Positions 1 through 9,961 of a stretch of 64,000 bases of DNA are shown piece by piece. Where the stretch lies: NCBI GenBank assembly GCA_001002285.1, contig LCLX01000003.1, forward strand, positions 76,915 through 140,914, read 5' to 3'. Every line of letters begins with the position of its first letter. Within the stretch, counting starts at the first letter, position 1. The position numbers were made by a program, and so were the translations under genes. This DNA is from Microgenomates group bacterium GW2011_GWC1_46_15. Its GTDB lineage: Bacteria; Patescibacteriota; Microgenomatia; UBA1400; UBA12028. The notes under the pieces were generated by a model, which saw nothing but the letters and a program-made list of their open reading frames with translations, was not told the origin of the DNA and ran no database searches.

Positions 1-509
1 AGTGTATACGCCAAAGCCGCGGAGTCCGAAAATATGGCGGAATGCCGCGATTAATGAAGCGGTTAATGGGAATAACAAAAGCAAAACAAGAATGTTTGCG
101 GGTACTCCAACGTCCACCGCACGACGGATCGCAAACTGCACAATAGTCAATGGAGAAAGCGGCTGGCGCGGTTGCTGATCAAGATATGCCGCAAGTTTGC
201 TCTTTACTTGGCTCGACGGCTGAGTAATATCTTTTTCTTGTTTTTGTTGAATTTTTTGTTCAATTTCTGCCGAACTTGTTGCATTCGCAGACGATGTTGC
301 AGTCAGCGTAAAGGAGGATGACGTCGCGGTCAGTGGTGTTGGGCGGGATGATGGATTGGACGTAACCGCGTGAACAGCCTGGGGAAACACTATGATGCTA
401 CTGAGCACAATACATCCCACAATGCCGGAAATCACACCGTTCCACATTCTTTTCATGAGGATAGTATACCTGCGCATCATCGCATTGTCTGCTGGTTATT
501 TATGCAATA

Positions 510-1451
510 TTACAGCTCCGCTTGCACAATAGGCTCTATGTCGGTATAGCTGTATGCACCATTAAATCTTTTCGTATTCACAAAAAATCCCGGTGTCCCA
601 TTGATATCGAACCCGGACTCTCCACCAAGTGTGGTATCTGTAGCTAACTGATCCTTATATTTCCCGCTATCAAGACAGTTCTTCATGTCTGTCGGATTCA
701 TCGCAGATTTAAGAAAATCAGCAAGTTCTTTGGATTTTGACGTGTCATTTTTTACAATGGGACCCGTGGTTGGTTTTCCAGTTGGATCGGTTCCGTTCAG
801 AATTTCATACCCCGCTTTACCCATAAGAAGATCGTGTGCTGCCCAAAACTTTCCTTTTTCCTGTGCACAATAGAGAGCCATTGTTCCCATTTCACCATTG
901 CCGTGTCCCGGGGAATATATCCACACAAACGCGGCCTTGCCTTGGTCAACAAGTTTCCGCATTTCTGGAACTGGAGGAACATAGCTCCCACCCTGGCTCT
1001 TTACTTGAAACTGGACGTCAGCAGACTGATTGAGCTCGAGATTTTCTCCCCCCGCGATGTGGCAGTACGGGCAACTTGGGTCGGAAAACTCAACAAATAC
1101 AACTTTTTTATTTGCGTCACCAAACCGAATTGTGTTCCCACTGAACAATTTTTTTATTTGATCAGCTGTAATTTGTTTCGTTCCCCGCTTCGTCGCCTGC
1201 TGTGGAGTTCCAGCATCCGTTGTCCCCGTTGTTCCTGCTGTCGTTGCCGCACCTCCAACACCCTTTTTGAGATACCGTACTTCTGTTGAGAGTACACCAA
1301 TTAAAAATGCCGCGATAATAATGAGGACTGTACTGAAGTTTTTGAAGATGACATCAAAAGAGCCGCGGAGCGCTCCTCCAACATTCGGTTTTTCTGTCTT
1401 TATGTCTTTCATTTCTCCTCCGTATGTGCAGTTTACTGTAGCAGGGCGCAC
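510..1451 (-). CDS. Membrane-anchored DsbA-like thiol:disulfide oxidoreductase (thioredoxin fold)
   Basis: Thioredoxin-fold CPYC active site (FVEFSDPSCPYCH). N-terminal TM helix followed by a Gly/Thr-rich linker. Lies in a gene neighbourhood with trxA/trxB/ccdA. Confidence 0.7.
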   Translation of the reverse strand: MRPATVNCTYGGEMKDIKTEKPNVGGALRGSFDVIFKNFSTVLIIIAAFLIGVLSTEVRYLKKGVGGAATTAGTTGTTDAGTPQQATKRGTKQITADQIKKLFSGNTIRFGDANKKVVFVEFSDPSCPYCHIAGGENLELNQSADVQFQVKSQGGSYVPPVPEMRKLVDQGKAAFVWIYSPGHGNGEMGTMALYCAQEKGKFWAAHDLLMGKAGYEILNGTDPTGKPTTGPIVKNDTSKSKELADFLKSAMNPTDMKNCLDSGKYKDQLATDTTLGGESGFDINGTPGFFVNTKRFNGAYSYTDIEPIVQAEL

Positions 1452-1460
1452 GCGGGTTGT

Positions 1461-2729
1461 CTATCTCCCTCGTAGAATCATCGCATCCACCACGCGTTTC
1501 ACTGCGTTCACATATGCCGCTAACCGCAAATGGACGTTTTTCTTCTCATGCATGTCCCACATGTGGTTGAACGCATCAACCATGAGGGGCTCGAGCTTTG
1601 CAAATACTTCTTTCTTTGTCCAGGCGTAGCCGTACAGATTCTGTACCCACTCAAAGTATGAAACTGTTACACCGCCAGCATTTGAAAGCACATCCGGCAC
1701 CGAGAGAATGTGTTTCTTCCATAAAATTTCGTCGGCTTCTGGTGTCACAGGGCCGTTTGCCATTTCAACAATCGCCTTCGCGTGAACACGGCCGGCGTTT
1801 TCTGCGGTGATCACGTTTTCCAACGCGGCCGGAACGAGCACGTCAACCGGCAGCTCGAGTAATTCTGCATTGCTTACTGATCGTGTTCCAGTAAACCCCG
1901 CAATGCTTCCCATTTTTTTCTTGTGTGCCATCACCGCGTCTATATTCAATCCTTTTTTCATGTCGTTCGACACGATACCACCGCGACTATCGGAGACCGC
2001 GACAACATTAAATCCAAGTTCTGCTGCAAGTTTTGCAAACCAATATCCCACGTTTCCCAACCCTTGTACCGCAACCGTTGTCTGTGCTGGTTTCAGTTGT
2101 AACTTTTTAGCCAACTGCTCTAACACGCGCACACCGCCCTTCCCTGTTGCTTCTTCGCGTCCGAGTGAACCACCTATTTCCAACGGCTTCCCAGTAAATA
2201 CGCCTGGTTCGTGTCGGCCGATGATTTTTTCATACTCATCGAGCATCCACGCCATAATTTGACCCGTTGTGTTCACATCCGGCGCCGGAACGTCTTTCCA
2301 CACGCCAATGTACGGGGTAATCGCGCGCGCGTACGCGCGGCTCAACCGCTCCACCTCACCTTTTGATAGTTTGGATGGATCAACAATAATGCCACCTTTT
2401 GCACCGCCGTATGGAATTCCGGTGGTCGCACACTTCCACGTCATCCACATAGAAAGCGCCTTCACTTCTTCTACACTTACGTTGTAGTGATACCGGATTC
2501 CACCTTTAAACGGACCCCGCGCGTCGTTGTGCTGGCTACGAAATGCTTTAAATTTTTGTGTTTTCCCATTGTCCATTTTAATAGACAACTCAACTTGTAC
2601 AAGATTCTGCGGAGTCATCAATGTTTGAATCACCGCGCGGAATACTTTCTTATCCCCATACTGCGGCTCCAACAAACTCGCCGCCTGGCGAAGTTGTTCT
2701 TGGGCATTTAAAAATGGATTATTCAGCAT
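1461..2729 (-). CDS. gdhA: Glutamate dehydrogenase (Glu/Leu/Phe/Val dehydrogenase family)
   Basis: Conserved GGIRYHYNVSVEEVKALSMWMTWKCA...GIPYGGAKGG motif block and a Rossmann GLGNVG dinucleotide-binding motif. Length 422 aa. Confidence 0.9.
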   Translation of the reverse strand: MLNNPFLNAQEQLRQAASLLEPQYGDKKVFRAVIQTLMTPQNLVQVELSIKMDNGKTQKFKAFRSQHNDARGPFKGGIRYHYNVSVEEVKALSMWMTWKCATTGIPYGGAKGGIIVDPSKLSKGEVERLSRAYARAITPYIGVWKDVPAPDVNTTGQIMAWMLDEYEKIIGRHEPGVFTGKPLEIGGSLGREEATGKGGVRVLEQLAKKLQLKPAQTTVAVQGLGNVGYWFAKLAAELGFNVVAVSDSRGGIVSNDMKKGLNIDAVMAHKKKMGSIAGFTGTRSVSNAELLELPVDVLVPAALENVITAENAGRVHAKAIVEMANGPVTPEADEILWKKHILSVPDVLSNAGGVTVSYFEWVQNLYGYAWTKKEVFAKLEPLMVDAFNHMWDMHEKKNVHLRLAAYVNAVKRVVDAMILRGR

Positions 2730-2743
2730 ACGATCCTTCCTTT

Positions 2744-3736
2744 TTATGATTGATCTTTACTTTCCTCAAGCCACTTTTCAATATCCAGCGCCGCCATCGT
2801 TCCATATCCCGCGGCCGTAATCGCTTGCTTGTACTTAAAATCAACTACATCGCCCGCCGCAAACACACCATCCACCGACGTCATTGTGAGGTACGGGACC
2901 ATTCCATCTTTGACTGCTTTGGTCGCCAAATCTAGACTTTTTTGCTCAAGCACAAACCGCGTAACAATAAATCCTTTTTCGTCGAGTTCAATCGCGTTTT
3001 TCACAAAATCGGTTGCCGGCTTGTGCCCAATTGCAACAAACACGCCATCAGCGGGAAGCTCCTGCTCTTTTTTCGCGTTCATATCAACAAGAACAATGCT
3101 TGTTACTTTGGAATCGCCCTTAATTTCTTTTACTCCGCTGTTCCATATCACGTTCACTTTTGGATGCTTGAGGACGCGCTCCTGCATGATTTTGCTTGCG
3201 CGGAAACTGTCGCGCCGGTGCACCACCGTGACCGAATCGGCAAACTTTGTGAGTGCCAACGTGTCCTCCATCGCAGAGTCGCCGCCGCCAATCACAAATG
3301 TTTTTTTGCCTTTGAAAAATGCCGCATCGCACACTGCGCACGTCGAAACCCCACGGCCCACAAACTTGTCTTCGCCGGGAACGTTCAACCAAACAGACTC
3401 CGCACCCGTTGTCATTAAGACCGCTTGCGCCTGGTATTCTTCTCCACCTGCCGTTATACGAAATGGCTTGTGTGAAAAATCAACACGTTCAACATTGAGA
3501 TCTTTCACCCGCGCGCCAAATCGCTCAGCCTGCTTGCGCATGTCGGCCATAAGCTGGGGGCCAAGAATACCTTGCGGAAATCCGGGATAGTTTTCAATCT
3601 CTGTGGTAAGCATGAGTTGGCCGCCGCTTTTTTCACCAGCAAACACAAGTGGGTTAAGCTGGGCACGGGCCAAGTACGTTGCCGCCGCCCATCCTGCGGG
3701 ACCCGAACCAATAATAATGACGTGTTCTGTGTTCAT
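2744..3736 (-). CDS. trxB: Thioredoxin-disulfide reductase
   Basis: IIIGSGPAGWAAA FAD-binding motif. Redox-active CAVCD motif. 330 aa, typical low-MW TrxR size. Confidence 0.9.
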   Translation of the reverse strand: MNTEHVIIIGSGPAGWAAATYLARAQLNPLVFAGEKSGGQLMLTTEIENYPGFPQGILGPQLMADMRKQAERFGARVKDLNVERVDFSHKPFRITAGGEEYQAQAVLMTTGAESVWLNVPGEDKFVGRGVSTCAVCDAAFFKGKKTFVIGGGDSAMEDTLALTKFADSVTVVHRRDSFRASKIMQERVLKHPKVNVIWNSGVKEIKGDSKVTSIVLVDMNAKKEQELPADGVFVAIGHKPATDFVKNAIELDEKGFIVTRFVLEQKSLDLATKAVKDGMVPYLTMTSVDGVFAAGDVVDFKYKQAITAAGYGTMAALDIEKWLEESKDQS

Positions 3737-3742
3737 ATCTTC

Positions 3743-4318
3743 TTATCCTGTTTTATCATATTTTTTGATGAGCGCATCCAGTTTTTTAGAAACAGAAAGC
3801 TCCTTCACCATCGGCAAAAGTCCCTTCACACTTGGAGGAACTGGGAGTTTTTCGGACATACTTGATTGTGTAAGCTCGTCCACATCAAAAAATCGCACTT
3901 CATCTGCTTCAGTATTGTTAAAGTTCGGAAACGGACCATTATGTACTCCGACGTACATCGACCAGAACTCTGTTTCGCCATCGGATGGTTCAATAAATTT
4001 TTTGAATGGAGCAAGAGGAAACGATGTGCCAAGTTCTTCTATCATTTCGCGTTTTACCGTTGCACTATATGTATCTCCGCTGTGCACATGCCCACCGACT
4101 GAAAACACCCAATACCCAGGGAATGTATCTTTTGTTTTGCTCCGTTTTTGCATGAGTAGCTGCTTTTTTGTATTGAAGACGAGCACACCAACGGCGCGAT
4201 GAATAAGCGACGGGTCGTGATGCACCTGTTGACGCGTCGCCTGCCCAATAACACGATCTTGTTTATCAACAACATCAAACAGTTCTCCTTGATCGTCTGT
4301 GGTATTTAGGTTGTACAT
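3743..4318 (-). CDS. NUDIX hydrolase
   Basis: Nudix box GGHVHSGDTYSATVKREMIEELG (GX5EX7REUXEEXGU). Start moved to the internal ATG (MYNLNTT) so it does not overlap trxA. Confidence 0.7.
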   Translation of the reverse strand: MYNLNTTDDQGELFDVVDKQDRVIGQATRQQVHHDPSLIHRAVGVLVFNTKKQLLMQKRSKTKDTFPGYWVFSVGGHVHSGDTYSATVKREMIEELGTSFPLAPFKKFIEPSDGETEFWSMYVGVHNGPFPNFNNTEADEVRFFDVDELTQSSMSEKLPVPPSVKGLLPMVKELSVSKKLDALIKKYDKTG

Positions 4319-4322
4319 ACTG

Positions 4323-4646
4323 TTACGCCGTTGCCTTTGCGATGAGATCACGGTATCCCTTTTCTCCACCAAATCCCACTTTGCGGTCAAGTTCCGCGCC
4401 TTTGTTGAACAAAATCACCGTTGGAATGCTCATAACGCCATATTTTTGCGGAGTTTCGCCATTCGCATCAACATCCATTTTGACGATGGTTACTTTTCCT
4501 TTGAGTTCTTCAGAAAGCGCGTCGAGTACGGGCGCCGCCATTTTGCATGGACCGCACCACTCGGCATAAAAATCAACAAGCGCAGGCTTGTCGCTTTCAA
4601 GAACAAGTTTCTGAAAATCTGCATCGGATATGTGTTGTGCTGGCAT
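4323..4646 (-). CDS. trxA: Thioredoxin
   Basis: WCGPCK active site. 107 aa. Confidence 0.9.
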   Translation of the reverse strand: MPAQHISDADFQKLVLESDKPALVDFYAEWCGPCKMAAPVLDALSEELKGKVTIVKMDVDANGETPQKYGVMSIPTVILFNKGAELDRKVGFGGEKGYRDLIAKATA

Positions 4647-4672
4647 GAGCCCCCCTTATTATGTTGATACGA

Positions 4673-4915
4673 TTACGATCCTAAAGAAAACAACTGTTTG
4701 AGAATAGCATCAAATTGATCTTTTTTCGCTGAAGAACGAGAGCACCGCACTGCCTCGTTGGTTAAAAAATCTTTCCCGATTTTTCCCAATGCGTTGCGGG
4801 CGGCAAGAATTTGCTGAACGACATCGAGACAGTCGCGGTCTTCGTTCATCATGCGCGCAATGGCATCTACTTGACCGCGGACTTTATTGAGTTGTTGTGT
4901 GAGTTGTGTCGACAT
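4673..4915 (-). CDS. CsoR/RcnR-family (DUF156) metal/thiol-sensing transcriptional repressor; CstR-like Cys/Cys signature
   Basis: 80 aa helical protein with CsoR-family spacing. The first sensor Cys is in DRDCLDVVQQILAARNAL, the second in AVRCS. The position that is His in Cu-sensing CsoR is Asn here. Confidence 0.65.
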   Translation of the reverse strand: MSTQLTQQLNKVRGQVDAIARMMNEDRDCLDVVQQILAARNALGKIGKDFLTNEAVRCSRSSAKKDQFDAILKQLFSLGS

Positions 4916-4986
4916 ACGTATAGTATACTCCCCCCCAGTACCAAGAACTATACACTACACAAAAGGAATGTGTCAAGTTCTGGCGT

Positions 4987-5289
4987 TTATAACTGAATAA
5001 GATTCATAGAAATGGAGCAATTTTCTGGAAGATGAACTTCGTGGATATGCAAAATATACTTGCCGTCTGGGAGTACATTTATCACTACAATCCCATACGC
5101 CCTACCCTCGTGTAGAATACACACTCTTCCCAAATTTTCCCGTCGGACAAGTTGAGTAAATTTCGGGTGTCGTGGATCAATGGTAATTTCAGTCGGAGTT
5201 ATAAGAATTAAGAGGTTTATTGGGAGCAACATCTTGCCGACCAATCTCGCTACCAAAACCCGGGTTAATCCCATCATGACGTGAAACAC
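4987..5289 (-). CDS. Hypothetical small protein (His-rich C-terminus HIHEVH)
   Basis: ORF only; hydrophobic N-terminus. Lies between the CsoR-family gene and ccdA. No recognised motif. Confidence 0.25.
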   Translation of the reverse strand: MFHVMMGLTRVLVARLVGKMLLPINLLILITPTEITIDPRHPKFTQLVRRENLGRVCILHEGRAYGIVVINVLPDGKYILHIHEVHLPENCSISMNLIQL

Positions 5290-5319
5290 TTGTGTCTACT
5301 GTAATAGACATACACACTC

Positions 5320-6096
5320 CTATACTACTAATGCTACACCCATCGTCAATAAGACCAATCCTATTGCCAGCTTCATCCACTTTTCCGCGTGGTGTTCCCA
5401 CTCCTTGAGTTGGATGATTTTGCGCGCCCGCCAGACCAAAATCAACACAACAATGAGTGGTAAAACGAATAAAAAGTTGTAGTACAAAAAGTAGCCGACA
5501 ATCAACGCGAGTGGCAAACCAGACTGTGCAAGAATTGTCGCGGTGCCAACGTAAATCGGCAGACTACACGGTGTTTCCAACAGTGTCACAAAAAATCCTA
5601 ACGTGATTGTCGCGGGTAACGTCGCCTTCTCTACTAACGGCATGAGGCGGGTTTTGCTCGCAGTCGGAATTCTCAAATGAATCGGCCATTCGGGCTTGAA
5701 AAAATCCTTGATTTGAATTGCTCCCGCGATTAACAAAAGAACACCAAGAATGGGATTAAACCACGAGCGAAACACATGAAGATCGAGTTGTGCGATCGAT
5801 GAATAAAACAACAAACCTACCGTTAAGTATGTGAGAAATACCGTAAGAATGTACGTTAACCCTATTGTAAGAACACGGCTCGACACATCTTTTTTGTTCT
5901 GTTTACCAAATACGAGGAGATACCCAAGCAAAAGGACCATCATGCCGATCGCGCACGGATTAATGCCGTCAACTAGGCCGGCAATGGTAATAAGCGGAAA
6001 ACTGACCAAACCACCTTGTGTGGAGAGCCAACATGCGACGCGGGTGCACGTTGGTGTAGCGAGCGCGAGTGCTGAAGAAGCGAGAAGCGTAGACAT
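5320..6096 (-). CDS. ccdA: CcdA/DsbD-family cytochrome c-type biogenesis / thiol:disulfide electron-transfer membrane protein
   Basis: Polytopic membrane protein with the two conserved TM cysteines (GINPCAIGMM and TPCSLPIY), typical of DsbD_2/CcdA. Confidence 0.75.
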   Translation of the reverse strand: MSTLLASSALALATPTCTRVACWLSTQGGLVSFPLITIAGLVDGINPCAIGMMVLLLGYLLVFGKQNKKDVSSRVLTIGLTYILTVFLTYLTVGLLFYSSIAQLDLHVFRSWFNPILGVLLLIAGAIQIKDFFKPEWPIHLRIPTASKTRLMPLVEKATLPATITLGFFVTLLETPCSLPIYVGTATILAQSGLPLALIVGYFLYYNFLFVLPLIVVLILVWRARKIIQLKEWEHHAEKWMKLAIGLVLLTMGVALVV

Positions 6097-6105
6097 TCCC
6101 CCATC

Positions 6106-6561
6106 TTACTTCCATTCAACAGAATCGCCAAGGTGGATATTGTGCTGATCAATAAAACCCGCAGGAATTTCAAGAACGTGTGTAACAGACGAGTTTGGTG
6201 TGTGCGTTGCAAGCGGTGGCGAAATTGGAACATTCCGTGTTAAATCAACAATACTTCCATTGCGAATCCAGATGAAATCTAATGGGAAACGCATATCTTT
6301 CATCCAAAATGCCGGCTTCATTTCCTGCGGAAGAATAAATAACATTCCATCAGAACCTCGTGTGTCGCGATTACTTAACCCTTGTTCAATTTCTTGCGAT
6401 GTTTGCGCGAGCTCAACACGAAGAGAAATGGGTTGAGACTGTTCGCCACGCGTCGTGATGGTAAGGCTTGCAAATCGTTTTTGCGTACCACGGCTCCAAA
6501 CACTGATAAAAACAAAAAGAATAACGCAGAGTGCTGCCACTTTAAAAAGACGGTGTTTCAT
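6106..6561 (-). CDS. DUF192-family protein (COG1430)
   Basis: N-terminal TM. Conserved GMLFI...FWMKDMRFPLDFIWI...VLEIPAG block characteristic of DUF192. Start placed at MKHRLF. Confidence 0.6.
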   Translation of the reverse strand: MKHRLFKVAALCVILFVFISVWSRGTQKRFASLTITTRGEQSQPISLRVELAQTSQEIEQGLSNRDTRGSDGMLFILPQEMKPAFWMKDMRFPLDFIWIRNGSIVDLTRNVPISPPLATHTPNSSVTHVLEIPAGFIDQHNIHLGDSVEWK

Positions 6562-7319
6562 GTGTTCTTTCTCCAATTGTTCCGCGTGATCAGCCATATG
6601 CCACTCACCGCAATAAGACTTACACTCACCCACTGCGCCGGCGTATATATCCCAATCAATGGAGCTTCAAGCCTCAAAAAATCAAGAAAGAACCGGACAA
6701 CTCCATAACTCACGAGATACCACGCAAAAACGCGACCACTCCCAATCGTTTTATATGCATGACGGCCCACGTAGTTCCATAACACAATCCAAATAACCAC
6801 CATCGCGAGACTTTCATACAAAAAAAGCGGATGGTAGTACATGATACGCTCATACCCGGGAAAGCGATGCGAGACATCAATAAAAATTTTCCATGGAAGC
6901 GTTGTCGGCAAACCATACAATTCCTGATTCACAAAGTTTCCCCATCGGCCAATTGCTTGCCCCAATGGCAAACCAAGCGCGATGAGATCGAGATATGTCG
7001 GTAATACAGTAAGTTTTTTTTTCTTTGCCCAAAGGAACAACGCGGAAGCGATAACGGCTCCAACAACCGCTCCAAAAATTCCCAGACCTCCGTTCCATAC
7101 TGCAATCAATGCAAAAAAGTTAGAACCAACATAGCTTGGCCAATCAGTGATGAGATGATAGACACGCGCGCCAATCAACCCGCCCACAAAAACCCAAACC
7201 GCCAACGATTCTATGTCTTTTTCTAAAGTTTTATTGATATGCGACGCAGCGCGTTGGGCAACACCAATCCCCGTAACAATTCCCAACCCAAGAATAATGC
7301 CGTATGGATGAATGATCAT
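6558..7319 (-). CDS. lgt: Prolipoprotein diacylglyceryl transferase
   Basis: Lgt signature GRWGNFVNQELYG. Multi-TM protein. HPYGIILGLG N-terminal motif. Confidence 0.8.
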   Translation of the reverse strand: MIIHPYGIILGLGIVTGIGVAQRAASHINKTLEKDIESLAVWVFVGGLIGARVYHLITDWPSYVGSNFFALIAVWNGGLGIFGAVVGAVIASALFLWAKKKKLTVLPTYLDLIALGLPLGQAIGRWGNFVNQELYGLPTTLPWKIFIDVSHRFPGYERIMYYHPLFLYESLAMVVIWIVLWNYVGRHAYKTIGSGRVFAWYLVSYGVVRFFLDFLRLEAPLIGIYTPAQWVSVSLIAVSGIWLITRNNWRKNT

Positions 7320-7323
7320 AGAT

Positions 7324-7785
7324 TTACAGGACAAGTATCGCAGCACCGCCGGTCACAAAAAGTAACGCTATCACACCAAGCGCCATCGCCCGGATTGTTG
7401 AATCTTTTACTTCAGCAGATAAATCCCAAAAAAATGTTTTCCGCAAAAGAGCGGGGGTATTGAGAAGGGACAACATCACTAACACGCTGTGAAGTTCTAG
7501 TCCAATCAACACACCAAATCCCTCTGCAGACCGGGTAGACGTCATCACAAAAATTGATATTAATACAAGCGCTCCAAAAAACACCGCCCGCCGGTGAACA
7601 AGCCGGATTGTTTTTCCTAACCGCTCAACTTCTTTGTATAGTGGAATCAAACGCTTTTCTTTCCACAACCGCCGCGCAGGTGCAGAATCTATTACGAGTT
7701 CATCGCTTTGCAGGGCAAATACCGTTTCAAGAAATGGCAACACATACCCTATCGCGATACCTAGTAATAAAAGAAGTCCCTTCAT
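7324..7785 (-). CDS. Hypothetical small membrane protein (about 4 TM)
   Basis: Hydrophobicity pattern only. Confidence 0.4.
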   Translation of the reverse strand: MKGLLLLLGIAIGYVLPFLETVFALQSDELVIDSAPARRLWKEKRLIPLYKEVERLGKTIRLVHRRAVFFGALVLISIFVMTSTRSAEGFGVLIGLELHSVLVMLSLLNTPALLRKTFFWDLSAEVKDSTIRAMALGVIALLFVTGGAAILVL

Positions 7786-8165
7786 GGTGTCTCCTTACTG
7801 CCCAACATTGTTTTTCCGCCCTGCCGCGCACGGCGGATCTCAGCAACTTTCCACATAAACAGTTTTCCCTTGCTCCGCGCGTTCGCATCCAACACAAAAC
7901 TTCTCGCCTGTTCTAGTATAGATCGGTCAACCGTTTTTGCCATCTTGATGTACAACGACGTGTGCGCTTCATCGTTTAACTCACGCGACAAACGATACCC
8001 AAAATCCTGAAACTCGCGCGAGATTCTGCCTCCTTTATCGTCCAACGCGAAGTTCTGTAAAACCGATGAAATAGACTGCATCCCGCCACCCCGTTTTGGA
8101 CGGGCGTCTTCCTTGACCGAAGCTAGCCCCTTACCCCGCTTCATGCGCGCCTCCACCCATTGCAA
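7782..8165 (-). CDS. Hypothetical protein
   Basis: ORF in an operon-like arrangement; no recognised motif. The true start may be the internal MQSISS. Confidence 0.3.
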   Translation of the reverse strand: MQWVEARMKRGKGLASVKEDARPKRGGGMQSISSVLQNFALDDKGGRISREFQDFGYRLSRELNDEAHTSLYIKMAKTVDRSILEQARSFVLDANARSKGKLFMWKVAEIRRARQGGKTMLGSKETP

Positions 8166-9387
8166 TACTCAACAATATACCAAATCCTGCGAGTAAAAAT
8201 GCACCTGTCCATCCGAATGGAAGGATGAAAAAGAGTATAATAATTGACCAAATACATATTGCCGCAAGTGAGTTTACAACCTCACGGTAGATTTGGATAT
8301 GATACACGTGTTTGCCACGGGATTTACGGAAAAAAACCGTGTCAAAAATGGGCTCATACACCCCGACCGCCAATCGGTCTACGAGGTCAATCGTAATAAT
8401 ATGCCAGACTTGTTGAACAAAAATACGCGCGACCCACAACGCGCTTAATAGACTACTGCATAGAACAAACAGTGTTCTTCCTTTATGCTTTCCCAAATAC
8501 CATCCCATAAAGTATGCGATCACGAGTGAAACAAAAAGAACGAGCGAGTACACATACCCCACCCGCTCTACCGTACCAACAATGAAAAAGATGAAGATGG
8601 GCCAAAGCAAAAATACCGCGTCATCAATGTACTTCCCAATTAATCCCGTTGCTAATCGTTGTGCGGCCGGAAGATGAAGCCACGCAAAAAAATCTTTTAT
8701 CGTGACAACATATGAAAACTTCATTTCATTTCCGAGGAGCACTACTACTGCCGCAAGCAAAAATAATATAGCGCTTGCCAAGTGAAGCATGCGAAATCCT
8801 AAACTCGCCGCGATAATACCGCCAAGCATTGGCATTCCTATACGCACAAGCTTATCCAAAAACGCCAACGCGCCAACGTCTTGTCCCAGGTGTTTCAGTT
8901 CTGCATGCACAACAAACTGTGTGTAGTACGGCACCCAATACAATGTCACCACAAACCCTTCTAATACAGCTGCGAGAACAAGGAACCATGCATTTGTGTT
9001 CGCCATGTATAACGCAAGATACATCCCCATATTTAGGAGATTACCAATGAACATACTTTTTACCAAACCGACCATCCGGATAAAACGTGATAATGGAAAA
9101 ATCGTGACCAATGTAACAAGCCGCATGACAAGAAAAAACGCGCACGTGAGAAAAACCGTTTTTTGCAGATCAGAAACGTGCGCAAAAAAGGAGATGTTGA
9201 AAAATCCAATCGAGTGTATCCGCGTGTACAAATACAACGGGATAAAAAGGCCCGCCATTTGCTGAGCAGCGCCACGCAACAACTGAGCTGAAAACAGCCA
9301 CTTTAATCCTTTTGGAAAAAGCGCGTACTCAACGTGAAGACTGTGATGGAAAAGCCTTTGCATAGATCTCTTGTACCACGCGCTCAA
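8131..9387 (-). CDS. MFS-type transporter (about 12 TM)
   Basis: 418 aa protein with about 12 hydrophobic segments, consistent with a 6+6 MFS-like arrangement. Confidence 0.5.
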   Translation of the reverse strand: MSAWYKRSMQRLFHHSLHVEYALFPKGLKWLFSAQLLRGAAQQMAGLFIPLYLYTRIHSIGFFNISFFAHVSDLQKTVFLTCAFFLVMRLVTLVTIFPLSRFIRMVGLVKSMFIGNLLNMGMYLALYMANTNAWFLVLAAVLEGFVVTLYWVPYYTQFVVHAELKHLGQDVGALAFLDKLVRIGMPMLGGIIAASLGFRMLHLASAILFLLAAVVVLLGNEMKFSYVVTIKDFFAWLHLPAAQRLATGLIGKYIDDAVFLLWPIFIFFIVGTVERVGYVYSLVLFVSLVIAYFMGWYLGKHKGRTLFVLCSSLLSALWVARIFVQQVWHIITIDLVDRLAVGVYEPIFDTVFFRKSRGKHVYHIQIYREVVNSLAAICIWSIIILFFILPFGWTGAFLLAGFGILLSIAMGGGAHEAG

Positions 9388-9928
9388 TCATGGGAGCAAG
9401 CACGTCGCGCTCCTCTTTCGTGAATGGGGTAAGGACGTATGTTTCACCGGGAATTTTTTCGCTTGCTTGATCCATGTTTTGCGCGTCGTTGAACCGGGAC
9501 TCCGTCCCAATCCGCACGTTCCAAAATTGATCTGTTCCCAACGCTTGAATGATTGAGTTCACCCCATGATGGATTTTTGGATGTTTTCCAAACTGGATTT
9601 TGTACTGGCCAAATGGAATATCAAGATCGTCGTAACACACATACACCGACTGTAGGTTTGGCGCATCTGTTTTTGCAAGTTCTTCTTTATCAAAATACCG
9701 CACGATACCGCCAACCGCCTCCCCGCTTTTATTCATGAAGGCCTGCGGTTTGATAAGAAAAATTCCTTTTCCCATATCCTGCGCCACTTCTGCCTTAAAT
9801 TTTGAGTCATGCTTCCACATAAGTTCCGCTTTTTGTGCGACCGCGTCTGCGATCATAAATCCAACGTTGTGGCGGGTGTGTGTGTATGTTTCCCCCGGGT
9901 TTCCGAGACCAATAATGTATGTGCGCAT
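9329..9928 (-). CDS. pth: Peptidyl-tRNA hydrolase
   Basis: N-terminal YIIGLGNPGETYTHTRHNVGF Pth signature. Start set at MRTYIIGLGNPG. Confidence 0.85.
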   Translation of the reverse strand: MRTYIIGLGNPGETYTHTRHNVGFMIADAVAQKAELMWKHDSKFKAEVAQDMGKGIFLIKPQAFMNKSGEAVGGIVRYFDKEELAKTDAPNLQSVYVCYDDLDIPFGQYKIQFGKHPKIHHGVNSIIQALGTDQFWNVRIGTESRFNDAQNMDQASEKIPGETYVLTPFTKEERDVLAPMIERVVQEIYAKAFPSQSSR

Positions 9929-9947
9929 ATACGCATGATACACGAAA

Positions 9948-9961
9948 AGGGTAGGTCGGGT
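9948..9961 (+). promoter_or_regulatory. Recurrent intergenic motif GGGTAGGTCGGGTC, copy A (about -60 relative to the 10013 gene)
   Basis: Identical 14-mer also at 30852-30865. Followed by CCTCYCTTTTTCGTGA-like sequence in both copies, and by a TTGGGG-16-TAGAAT promoter ending 7 nt before the ATG (leaderless). Confidence 0.5.

Noticed and set aside
834-1289. Many ORF-track entries that lie antisense to or nested within the called genes (for example 834..1289, 2829..3590, 3603..4202, 29369..29923, 29571..30110, 39597..40118, 45624..46094).
   Set aside because: They overlap strongly supported genes on the opposite strand or frame, have no recognisable motifs, and show low-complexity or biased composition typical of shadow ORFs.
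4987-5289. Possible CopC-like copper-binding protein, from an HPKF segment after a hydrophobic N-terminus next to the CsoR-family gene.
   Set aside because: The mature region would be only about 60 aa, much shorter than CopC. The similarity is limited to a 4-residue motif. The adjacent regulator looks CstR-like (thiol-sensing), not copper-sensing.
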